A DNA stretch of 56,503 nt, from positions 1-56,503 of the forward strand of contig JANOTL010000105.1 of assembly GCA_031416315.1 (NCBI GenBank), read 5' to 3'. Below the pieces are notes generated by a model. That model was not told the origin of the DNA. It saw nothing but the letters and a program-made list of their open reading frames with translations, and did no database searches. Each line of letters begins with the position of its first letter. Positions within the stretch are counted from its first letter, which is position 1. Positions 39,742-48,352 of this stretch are shown piece by piece. This DNA comes from Pseudomonadota bacterium (GTDB lineage Bacteria > Bdellovibrionota_B > Oligoflexia > Oligoflexales > CAIYRB01). A program made the translations under genes and the position numbers.

Positions 39742-41706
39742 ATGCAGAACTCCACGGGCCGCCGGCGTCGCGATTCACGTAAAATGCTGATATCGATGGC
39801 ATTTATTGCGTGTGCCGCGGCTGCGTGTGGACGTGGGTCTGAGCCTGAGGCGAGCGCACTAAAACATGACCAGGACGTTCCGACGCGCGGAACCGACGCT
39901 TGGATGTGGTCGTCCCTGACCGAGGCTCAATACGACGGCGTTCTTTCGAAGCTCATTGGCCTCGAGGGCGCCTCGTTCCTGCCGTCGACCCACATGCTCA
40001 CGAAGAAGTCGCAAGTCTGGATCGACAAGATCGACGCCGCCCTTCGCGCCGCGCATCCGTCCGCCATGGCCGGCGTCCCGAAACCGAAGGCCCGCGTCCT
40101 CCGTGAGGCCTCGCCGAACGCCTTCATCGCGCCCGCGCCGATCTGCTACACGGCGACCGTCAAGCTCAACCCGGGAACGCCCACGGCCGCGACCACGGTC
40201 GATGCGGCCTACCTGGACAGCCGCAACGGCGAGCTCTCCAGCTGGCCTGGCGAGGACCTCCCATGCCTGGACGCTGGCACGGCCGGCGCCGCGCGCTTGA
40301 AGAGCTATGCTCTCGCGTTCAACGCCAAATCCACCGGCTGCAAGCTGACGGTGACCACGACCGGAACGTCGGCAAGCCTCGCCGGCAACGCCGCCTGCTC
40401 GATCCACGCCGACCTCGAAGGCGCCGTCCAGGCCAAGAAGGTCGTCCTCTTGCAGACCGCCGACTGGGTCACGATCCACACCGGCATCTTCAAGGCGATG
40501 ACGGAAGAGAGCTTCGTCGCCGTCGTCGCGCACGAGCTCGGCCACTACTACCGCTCGCACGCGACGGCTCACGAGTCCGACTTCGACTTCTTCTACACGC
40601 TCGACCGCGGAAACCCCGATCATCGTCCAACCCCGGAAGCATGGCGCCGTGAGCTCGGCGAGGCCGCCGTCCAAGGCGCGACCCTTCTCGGCGTCGGCGA
40701 GAACTACACCCGCGTCGAAGGCCAGAAGCTGCGCTCGGAGCTCTTCTTCGCCGTCGGCTCCTTGGTCAGAGCAGCCGGCGCCGCCTCCGGCGCGGTCCCG
40801 GAGTGCAAGGCCGCGGCCGACCACATCAAGACGACCGCCTTCTCGTCGGCCATCGCGCAATTTCCGTTCGGCTCGCCGAGCGCCGCGCAAACGACCGCCT
40901 ACAAGGGCTTCGAGACGAAAGCTTTCGCCTGCCTCGGGAAGCTCAGGGTCACGACGAGCGGCACCGTCGGCAGCACCGGCACCGCCTGGGCGACCTTCGC
41001 CGAGCTCGTGCAGGCGCCGACCTGGCCGAGCTGGCTCGGCAACTTGCCCGATAGCACCGTCCGAGCGCTCGTGGAGCTCTTACAAATCAGTGCCGCCCGA
41101 CTCGGTGACGCGCCGGCTCTCAACGCTTCTTATGCCGCGGTGCTCGAAGCGAAAAGCAGCGCGTTCGCGCAGCAGGAGGCCTCGGGCCTCTCCTCTCTCC
41201 GCGAAGCGCATGATTCACGGCTCGGCCAGTACACGGTCGAACAAGAAGCCGACGAGAACGCCATCGAGTGGATCTCCGACCTGGGCCTCGAGCCCAAGCA
41301 CGCCGTCGAGGCGATGCGCAGCTTAGGCGCAGGCACGTCGACCACCCTCGGCGGACTGTCGCTCGGCCAGGAAGATTGCGACGCGCTCTGGGGCGCCGAC
41401 TGGCTCAGCGCCTCGGGCGAGTACCAGTTCGTCCCCGTCGGCGATTTCTCCGAAGTCCATCACAGCACCTGCTACCGCATGTTCAACATGGAGCGCGAGG
41501 TCGCGGCGCACGACCATTCTCCGGCGAACGTCGCGCTTCCGGCCATGGGTGGGTCGGCGTGGAGAGCCTTGCAAGACTTGGCGGACGACTTGAGCCCGCC
41601 GGTCAATGGCCCGCAAGGCCCGGCGTTCGGCAGGGTCAGCGGCAAAGCCAAGACCGTGCTGTCGAACGCGCATGCGCTCGAATGCGCTTACGCGCTGGCG
41701 AAGTAG
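39742..41706 (+). CDS. M48-like zinc metalloprotease lipoprotein
   Basis: AAAC lipobox; PNAF, VVAHELGH, EQEADE, late HH...R motif; start may be 39784. Confidence 0.8.
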   Translation: MQNSTGRRRRDSRKMLISMAFIACAAAACGRGSEPEASALKHDQDVPTRGTDAWMWSSLTEAQYDGVLSKLIGLEGASFLPSTHMLTKKSQVWIDKIDAALRAAHPSAMAGVPKPKARVLREASPNAFIAPAPICYTATVKLNPGTPTAATTVDAAYLDSRNGELSSWPGEDLPCLDAGTAGAARLKSYALAFNAKSTGCKLTVTTTGTSASLAGNAACSIHADLEGAVQAKKVVLLQTADWVTIHTGIFKAMTEESFVAVVAHELGHYYRSHATAHESDFDFFYTLDRGNPDHRPTPEAWRRELGEAAVQGATLLGVGENYTRVEGQKLRSELFFAVGSLVRAAGAASGAVPECKAAADHIKTTAFSSAIAQFPFGSPSAAQTTAYKGFETKAFACLGKLRVTTSGTVGSTGTAWATFAELVQAPTWPSWLGNLPDSTVRALVELLQISAARLGDAPALNASYAAVLEAKSSAFAQQEASGLSSLREAHDSRLGQYTVEQEADENAIEWISDLGLEPKHAVEAMRSLGAGTSTTLGGLSLGQEDCDALWGADWLSASGEYQFVPVGDFSEVHHSTCYRMFNMEREVAAHDHSPANVALPAMGGSAWRALQDLADDLSPPVNGPQGPAFGRVSGKAKTVLSNAHALECAYALAK

Positions 41707-41791
41707 CTCAACGGCCTCGAAGCCGAGCTTGTCGAAGAGCGCCGTGGTCCCTGTGCAAGCAAAGGCCGCAGAGATCGACTCGATGATCGGT

Positions 41792-42637
41792 TCAAGGCCT
41801 ACGAATCTTCATTTTTTTGATGGCCCGCTGAACAATCTTTGCGTCGCCGTCCAGTTCCCAGAATAAAATTTCCCATCTTTTCGCAAATGGTGACGGCAGC
41901 AGATATCTGTTCCATATGCGGCGCTTTGCCCAATAGGCCGGCTCATTTTTAAGTTTGAGAATCAGGTTGAGCGCTGTTTCTCCGGCATCGTTAGGCTCAG
42001 TCTCGCGGAGATGTGCTCTGGCGATCGCGGCCCAAGGAATGACTCCGATGGACCAAGACTTGTATTCGAGGCCTTGATCGTTCAGTTTTAGAATTGAAGG
42101 CCTGATGACCGCAATTGTGACGGCGCGGACTGCCATTGCAACGGTAACCACAACGAGTGGCCAAAATTGCCAAGCCGACGGCTCGATGCGGTCGAAGATG
42201 ATCGTCCCTCCTATCGCCGTGGAAACGACGAGAAGAAGGGGCTTTAGGAGATTCGCTCTAATCTCAAGATCGTCGTCAGCGCCAAGATCGTCGAATTCCA
42301 TCATCCTTTTGAGGGTTGATTCGACTCTCGAACGCAAAGTGAACGATGACAGCCAGATCACGGTCGAAATTGCGCATAGAGCGACAAGCGTGCGGGCTTC
42401 TGGACAGGCGCTAGCGCAGATTTTTCGCAGCTCAGAGGAATGGAAGAGCGACGATTTTTCCAACGTCGCCATGAAAAAGAGTGTCGACAAGGACGCCACA
42501 GCCGCTAGCCGAGTCATCGCAATGGGGACGCGATTTGAGTTGCGGTCGTGTTCCTTAGCTGACGCGAGTAATTCGAGGCTTTGAGCCTCGGTAAGGCGTT
42601 CGCCGTCTTTGAAGCGCTGAAGGTTCGACTTCTCCAT
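41792..42637 (-). CDS. Membrane protein with C-terminal PH-like (STM3941-like) domain; atypical composition
   Basis: Four hydrophobic segments; LKLNDQGL..IPWAAI; many A/T-ending codons. Confidence 0.6.
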   Translation of the reverse strand: MEKSNLQRFKDGERLTEAQSLELLASAKEHDRNSNRVPIAMTRLAAVASLSTLFFMATLEKSSLFHSSELRKICASACPEARTLVALCAISTVIWLSSFTLRSRVESTLKRMMEFDDLGADDDLEIRANLLKPLLLVVSTAIGGTIIFDRIEPSAWQFWPLVVVTVAMAVRAVTIAVIRPSILKLNDQGLEYKSWSIGVIPWAAIARAHLRETEPNDAGETALNLILKLKNEPAYWAKRRIWNRYLLPSPFAKRWEILFWELDGDAKIVQRAIKKMKIRRP

Positions 42638-42724
42638 GGGGAAATTTCCGGCGAGGAGAGGATTCCCAGTGTCTAAAGTCGAGCCGGGACATACGACCCA
42701 GAATCGGGCAACCAGATCATCGGT

Positions 42725-44758
42725 CTAAACATTGATCGGCCCAATGACGCTTTGGGGCCGCTGGTGCCCGACGGATCGTTCGGCGTCGACGGTGGCATCT
42801 ACACTTTGGACGGCCGCTAAGGTCCAGCCGAAAGCGATCGGAAAAGGCCCGTCGAGGGCGGGTAAGGCGTGGGCCGCGACGCCGAACGGCGCGAGCACGG
42901 CGCGCGCGATCTCGAGGTGCTGAGGCACCCGGCCTCGCCGTAGGTCGCGACCACCGCTGTGCGTGCCGCCGCCGTTCGAGGAGGAGCGCAGCTGCGCTAT
43001 CAGCATGGCGCGTCCCGCTTCGACGCGCAGGCGCAGGCCGATGACGATCTCGGCGCCGCCGCCGCTGCCGCCGCCGTCGAGGGCGGCCAATGCCGTGAGG
43101 ACGTGGTAGAGCGCGGTCGCCCAAGCTGCGCGCGCCACCATCGGCAGCGGCGTGTCAGGATGATCGTCCAGCCGGCTCTCACAGCGTACGCCCGCCGTAC
43201 GCCGGTCCAAATGCAGCAGCGCGAGCGCGTCGTCGAGCGGCCCCGCCAACTCGCCCGCGGTCCGCGGCGGGCGTGGACGGGTGTGGCCGGCGGCTGTCAA
43301 AGCGCCGAGCGCCGGCGCGTACTGCTCCGCGAGGCCATGCCAGTGGCCGGCGACACGGCCGAGCGCGGTTGCGCCCTCGACCAGCCGGTGGCTGCGCAGC
43401 GAAGCGTTCACGGCCAGGTCCGAGATCTCGCCGGCCATGGTGGCGAGCGCCATGATCTGCTCGTCGAGCAGGCTGACGCCGGCAGCCGAGCCCTCGGTCT
43501 CCGCCAGGCCGCGCACGAATTTCCGCGCCCCGCGCTCCGTCACGCCTTCCTGCCACTCCATCATCACGTTGAAGAGGAGTTTCGACTGCTCGGCGATCGG
43601 CCCGCCCAGGACCTCGGTGAGCTCGTCGGCGCTTTCGGCCAAGCCGTCGGCGTGCGCCAAAAAGCCCGAGGCACCTTGCGCCATCTGCGCGGCCAGGGAT
43701 TCGAGCTCGGCGCTACTCGCCAGGCGGCCAAAGAGTCTTTGCTCGGTCGTGCGCGCGCTCGCGATCTCCTCCTCCAAGGTCGCGATGCGCGCGTCCTTCT
43801 GCTCGACGCGCCGCCTTTCGACGCGCACGTGCTCGAGGAGTGCCTTTTCCGCCTCGACGGGCAAGCTGGCGCACCCGGGGCCTGGGGGCGGGACCGTCGC
43901 CTCGCCTAAACAAGAAACCGAGGGAGAATGCAGCAGCTCCTCGATCCGTTGATGGACCCCCGCCAGGCGGCGCTCGTCACCGGTCTCGCGACGCCGCGAG
44001 GCGACGAGTGCGAGGACGCCGCCCGCGAGCGTCACAAAGAATGCCGGTCCAAGGAACGGGTTCGTAATCGGGCCGCGATCGATCCGCTTCAAGGCGTAGC
44101 GCTCCAAGGGACCGCGCGGTGCCAAGCTGGCGAGGGCGCGGCCCTCGACGTCGATGCCGTCGCGAAAAAGGAGGGTCGCGCCGTCGTTCTCGGGTGCGAG
44201 CTCCAGCCCAGTCCGCTGCAGCGCTGCCACGAGTCGCGGATGGAGCGGCCGCCACGTCTTCCCGAGCTCGACGACCGCGACGAGCCAACGGCCGGGGCCA
44301 TGACCGCGGGCGAACGGCACGACGACGCCCATTGCGGGCTCCTCGCCCACCAGGCGCCAGAAGAGCCCCGGGCGCGGCGCGCCGCTCGATGCCCTGGGAA
44401 CGATCACCTGAGCTCCGCCGCGGCTCGCGTGCGCCTCACCAAGGGGCTGGGCCTTCTCGTCGACAATCCAGAGGCGGTCGAGCTCGCCTGGAGAAAGCTT
44501 GCCCGACAGGGCTGCCGCGACACTGTGACTCAGGTTCCAGGCCAGGTTCTGCGTCAGGGCCGGGTCGGCCGCGGCACGGCGTGCCAGGCCGGCGAGCTGG
44601 GTCCTGGTCTCGGTCAGTGCCGCAGCCGCAGCGCTACGAGCCTCGACCTGGGCTTGGCGACGTCCCTCAAGGGTCTCTGAGGCCAGCTGGGCCAGCCATG
44701 CGAGGCCGACGACGGCGAGAACCGCGACGAGCGCTCTTGGAGAGAGTCCGGATCTCAT
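42725..44758 (-). CDS. Membrane-anchored degenerate sensor-kinase-like protein
   Basis: TM, periplasmic region, TM, coiled coil, HATPase-like tail without canonical boxes; start uncertain. Confidence 0.55.
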   Translation of the reverse strand: MRSGLSPRALVAVLAVVGLAWLAQLASETLEGRRQAQVEARSAAAAALTETRTQLAGLARRAAADPALTQNLAWNLSHSVAAALSGKLSPGELDRLWIVDEKAQPLGEAHASRGGAQVIVPRASSGAPRPGLFWRLVGEEPAMGVVVPFARGHGPGRWLVAVVELGKTWRPLHPRLVAALQRTGLELAPENDGATLLFRDGIDVEGRALASLAPRGPLERYALKRIDRGPITNPFLGPAFFVTLAGGVLALVASRRRETGDERRLAGVHQRIEELLHSPSVSCLGEATVPPPGPGCASLPVEAEKALLEHVRVERRRVEQKDARIATLEEEIASARTTEQRLFGRLASSAELESLAAQMAQGASGFLAHADGLAESADELTEVLGGPIAEQSKLLFNVMMEWQEGVTERGARKFVRGLAETEGSAAGVSLLDEQIMALATMAGEISDLAVNASLRSHRLVEGATALGRVAGHWHGLAEQYAPALGALTAAGHTRPRPPRTAGELAGPLDDALALLHLDRRTAGVRCESRLDDHPDTPLPMVARAAWATALYHVLTALAALDGGGSGGGAEIVIGLRLRVEAGRAMLIAQLRSSSNGGGTHSGGRDLRRGRVPQHLEIARAVLAPFGVAAHALPALDGPFPIAFGWTLAAVQSVDATVDAERSVGHQRPQSVIGPINV

Positions 44759-44849
44759 AGAAAAAAACCTAAATCTTTCGGGGTTTTCTACCATCCTAGG
44801 CAGATCCTTGGTCCGGGTCAAATGCCGCCTGCAATCCCTTGAAAAACCT

Positions 44850-44940
44850 TAGAATTCAATAGAATTTCTTAATACAACTTGTGATCACCTTATAATTGTA
44901 ATACAACTGGATCTGGTAGGGCCCTACCAACTGAAGATCC
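44850..44940. promoter_or_regulatory. AT-rich divergent promoter with repeats and palindromes
   Basis: TAATACAACT x2 (44870, 44899), TATAAT 44891, TTGTAATACAA 44896-44906, perfect 16-bp palindrome 44914-44929. Confidence 0.6.
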
Positions 44941-44978
44941 CCATGAAGCTGAGTGTCCCCGTTGCAAAGGAGCTGAAC

Positions 44979-46841
44979 ATGAAGTCTAGAGCTCTCCTCC
45001 CCGTGCTGGCCGCCGCTGCCCTCGCAGCGAGTTGCGCCCCGCAAGCCAAGCCCGAGCGGAAGAATTTCCGCACGATGCCCCAGAAATTCGTTCAAGGCAG
45101 TTTCGTCGTCACCGCCGACGTCACGACCAGCGAATCCCAGATCGAGGCCGCCGCGAAATCGGCCGGTACGACCTTGGGCTGCGCGATGAAGGCGCCCGAG
45201 CGCGTGAGCTGGGGCGACCCGTCCGAAGAGGGCGCCGCCGTCCTCTCGGAAGACATGTTGAACACGTTCAACGTGAAGTACGAAAACTGCGACCTCTCGC
45301 AAGAAGGCACGAAATCGATCGTCGCCGCTCTCGCCGGAGAGTCGCTCGTTCTCTCCGCCGAGCCCGAGGCCCTAGCGGCCGCGGTCCCGGTCGAGAACGA
45401 TCCGAAGAAGTCCCTCGAAGATCACCTGAAGCTGATCAAGCGGGACAAGGCGTGCTCGGCCGATAAGTCGGCTAAGCCCATCATCGTCGCGATCATCGAC
45501 TCCGGCGTCGACACCGACCACGAAGACCTGAAAGACGTTTTCCTCCGCGACTCGCTCGGCGAGATCGTCGGCGCGAACTTCGTCGGCAGCTCTTCCCAGA
45601 TGCCGCCGGACAAGAACTTCGACGACGGCAACGGCCACGGCACGCACGTCGCGGGCTTGGTCGGAGCCGCCGCGAACAACGGCGCCGGCGTCGTCGGCGT
45701 CGGCAGCTGCGCGAACATCAAGATCATGCCCATCCGCGTCTTGAACGACGAAGGCTCGGGCAACTCGATCGAGATCGAGCGCGGCGTCAAATGGGCGGCC
45801 GATCACGGCGCCGACGTGATCAACCTGTCGCTCGGCTACACGGCGAGCATGTTCGGCAGCTCGGGCGAGTTCTACCGCTCGGTCTATGCGAGCCTTCGCT
45901 CTCGCGACGTCGTCGTCTTCGCCGCCGCCGGCAACGACGGCTACGTGAACGGCAGCGACGACGAAGAAGCGGACGGCGGCAAGCGCTACCACTTCCCGTC
46001 CAGCTACGACAACGTCATCTCGGTCGCGGCGACGACGAGCAACGGTGACCTCACCAGCTTCTCGAACCGTGGCGACCGCGTCGACATCGCGGCTCCGGGC
46101 AACCAGGTCCTCTCGACGATCATGACCGGCGGCTACGGCCGCATGTCGGGCACGTCGATGGCGAGCCCGGTCGCCGCCGGCGCCTACGCCCTCGCCCTCG
46201 CCATCGCCAAGAACGGCCTCGACGGTCAAGACCGTCCCGACGCCGGCTTGGCCGATGAGATCCTGAAGGCCGCGGTCCTGAAAAAGGGCCACTTCACCAG
46301 CGCTCAAGTCGCATCCGAAGGCGTCCTCGACGCCGAGGCGATGGCTCTGGCGATGGCCGCGAAGTTCCCGAAGGCGGTCGTGACGCCCCCGACGCTCCCC
46401 GTGGAGCCGACGACGCCGACCGAGCCGACGCAGCCCGAGCAGCCGACGCAGCCGACGCAGCCGACGCAGCCGACGCAGCCGACGACCCCGCCGCTCGTCC
46501 TCGAGCCGAGCCAGCCGACTGAGCCGACGCTGCCCGAGCCGGCCCAGCCGATCGAAGAGCTCAAGTCCTTCGGCTTCGACGACCTCGCCTCCGGCGACCG
46601 TCCGGCCTGGCCGCAGACTCTGACGATGACGAACCTGCCGCAAGGCACGCATTCGGTGTCGTTCTACTGGGGCAAGTCGACCTGGAGCTTCGCCAAGGCT
46701 TACGTCAGTGGTGGCAGCCTCGCCTCCTTGACGGCCAAAGGCCGCTGGTATCTGTACGGTGACCGGACCCTCAAGGCGGTTGCGTACTCGAAGAGCTGGC
46801 GTGTGCTCGGCACGGTGAAGATCGACCTCGACGGGTACTGA
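44979..46841 (+). CDS. S8 subtilisin-like serine protease lipoprotein with PTQ-repeat linker
   Basis: Lipobox LAASC; IIDSG, HGTHVAG, AAGN, GTSMASP; AAGGAG RBS. Confidence 0.95.
   Translation: MKSRALLPVLAAAALAASCAPQAKPERKNFRTMPQKFVQGSFVVTADVTTSESQIEAAAKSAGTTLGCAMKAPERVSWGDPSEEGAAVLSEDMLNTFNVKYENCDLSQEGTKSIVAALAGESLVLSAEPEALAAAVPVENDPKKSLEDHLKLIKRDKACSADKSAKPIIVAIIDSGVDTDHEDLKDVFLRDSLGEIVGANFVGSSSQMPPDKNFDDGNGHGTHVAGLVGAAANNGAGVVGVGSCANIKIMPIRVLNDEGSGNSIEIERGVKWAADHGADVINLSLGYTASMFGSSGEFYRSVYASLRSRDVVVFAAAGNDGYVNGSDDEEADGGKRYHFPSSYDNVISVAATTSNGDLTSFSNRGDRVDIAAPGNQVLSTIMTGGYGRMSGTSMASPVAAGAYALALAIAKNGLDGQDRPDAGLADEILKAAVLKKGHFTSAQVASEGVLDAEAMALAMAAKFPKAVVTPPTLPVEPTTPTEPTQPEQPTQPTQPTQPTQPTTPPLVLEPSQPTEPTLPEPAQPIEELKSFGFDDLASGDRPAWPQTLTMTNLPQGTHSVSFYWGKSTWSFAKAYVSGGSLASLTAKGRWYLYGDRTLKAVAYSKSWRVLGTVKIDLDGY
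46422..46484 (+). repeat. 9-bp tandem repeat (cagccgacg) encoding Gln-Pro-Thr
   Basis: Five consecutive perfect units from 46440 plus degenerate upstream units. Confidence 0.9.
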
Positions 46842-46864
46842 TCTCGCCCTCGGCTTGTGTCAAG

Positions 46865-46895
46865 AAGGCGGTCCCGCATGGGGCCGCCTTTTTTT
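46865..46895 (+). terminator. Rho-independent terminator
   Basis: aaggcggtccc-gcat-ggggccgcctt plus T tract after the S8 stop. Confidence 0.9.
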
Positions 46896-46923
46896 CCGAT
46901 CCCCCGCACCTCCGCGATGATGC

Positions 46924-47106
46924 TTAGTCGGGCTCCACGATCGGCATCGGGGTGCCGCGAGCGGCGGATCTCGTCCAGACGGTCTCGACCCGCGTCTTTC
47001 GCGATGGCGGCGGATTTGACGCGACGGGTTGGGGAGGCGTCGGTCCGAGCCAGACTCGTATCGAGTCCAGGATCATTTTCGCGGTGAGCTTGAGGGGCGT
47101 CGCCAT
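46924..47106 (-). CDS. Possible 60-aa small protein
   Basis: ATG preceded by GGAG; occupies an otherwise empty gap. Confidence 0.35.
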   Translation of the reverse strand: MATPLKLTAKMILDSIRVWLGPTPPQPVASNPPPSRKTRVETVWTRSAARGTPMPIVEPD

Positions 47107-47158
47107 GCTCCAGCTTTAGCACCGCCCCACGTGCCAGTGGCCTGACTTTACCGAAGCT

Positions 47159-47605
47159 TTACGAAGTCTTCTCCTGGACGAGCTCGATGAGAAGCCCTCC
47201 GGTCGATTCCGGGTGCACGAAGGCGATGCGCGTCTCGTGCGCCCCCGGTCGTGGCGTTGCGTCGATCATCCGCACGCCGAGCGTGAGCATGTGCGCGATC
47301 GCCTTCTCGACGTCGTCGACCGTGAGCGCCACGTGATGGACGCCGGAGCCCTTTTTCTCCAGGAACTGCGCGATCGGACCCTGGCGGACGCCTTCGGCGT
47401 CGAGCGCCGGGGCGAGGATCTCGAGCCGCGCGTCGCTCGCGGCGCCCGAGGAAAACATCGCGGTCTCGGTTTTCTGGCTGAAGACGAGCTCGTCGCCGAG
47501 ATGCGAAACGCCGAGGGCCTCGCGGAAGAACCACCGCGTCTTGGCGGGATCCTTCGGTGCGAGGCCGACGTGGTTCACTCCGAGCACTCGGAAGTGCGCG
47601 CTCAA
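47159..47605 (-). CDS. mce: Methylmalonyl-CoA epimerase
   Basis: NHVGLA, RLEIL, PIAQFLEKKGSGVHHVA, PRPGAH, AFVHPESTGGLLIEL. Confidence 0.9.
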   Translation of the reverse strand: MSAHFRVLGVNHVGLAPKDPAKTRWFFREALGVSHLGDELVFSQKTETAMFSSGAASDARLEILAPALDAEGVRQGPIAQFLEKKGSGVHHVALTVDDVEKAIAHMLTLGVRMIDATPRPGAHETRIAFVHPESTGGLLIELVQEKTS

Positions 47606-47606
47606 C

Positions 47607-48053
47607 TTAGAGCTGGTCGCCGAGGCCGATCGCTTCGACCGCGTCTTTCAGGTCTTTCTTCTGCGGCGCCTTCAGGATGTTCTTGCTGGCGTAGAGCGCG
47701 ACGAGCGAGGTCTTCGCGTTCACCGTGATGTTGGCGTACTCGATCGGGTCGAGCTCGCCGAACTTGAACATCAGCTTCGTGAACACTTCGTCGCGGTCGA
47801 TATCGGCGCCGGTCGACCATTTGCCCTTTTTCAAGGCGTTGGTCGCGAGCGCGACGATGCGGCTGAAGCGCGCGCCGCTCGTGCCCGAGCGCCGCGATTT
47901 CCCGGCACGGCCTTTCGCCTTCAGACGCGCGAGAAGCTCGTCGTACGAGTAGGCGAATTTCGACTCCACCTCTTTCACGCCTAGCGGCGTGTCCTGGACG
48001 GAGGACCAGATGATGTTCAGCGTATCCCCTGGTCTGAGCTCGACCGATGCCAT
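47607..48053 (-). CDS. Basic hypothetical cytoplasmic protein
   Basis: Strong RBS (AGGGGAGGAG), host-like codon usage, K/R-rich linker. Confidence 0.8.
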   Translation of the reverse strand: MASVELRPGDTLNIIWSSVQDTPLGVKEVESKFAYSYDELLARLKAKGRAGKSRRSGTSGARFSRIVALATNALKKGKWSTGADIDRDEVFTKLMFKFGELDPIEYANITVNAKTSLVALYASKNILKAPQKKDLKDAVEAIGLGDQL

Positions 48054-48289
48054 AGTCACTCTCCTCCCCTCGAACCGTGAAATACGCGAAAACTATTGAA
48101 AACCTAGCCTGCGCGCGCCGTGCGGAACGTCATCTATATGCGTTTCGACAGAATCTACTAAATGCCGCTAAACGCCGCCAGCAACTTCTACCGGGATATG
48201 CCGCCCTATTTATTATTACCTCTTATTAATGTCAATATCATTCTACCAATAAAATCTCTGACGTAGCGGTATAAAAATGGACCGCCATT

Positions 48290-48298
48290 TTATCCACA
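48290..48298 (+). promoter_or_regulatory. Perfect DnaA box
   Basis: TTATCCACA beside an AT-rich tract; function unproven. Confidence 0.5.
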
Positions 48299-48352
48299 GG
48301 CAGCTCGGCTCGAAAAAGGCTATATTTCCTAGAAGCTTGGAGGGCGTAGGCG

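Noticed and set aside
46422..46484. Repeats as a CRISPR array
   Set aside because: 9-bp in-frame coding units, no spacers, no cas genes
47120..47137. Minus-strand TGGCAC as a sigma54 promoter
   Set aside because: GC is not at GG-N10-GC spacing
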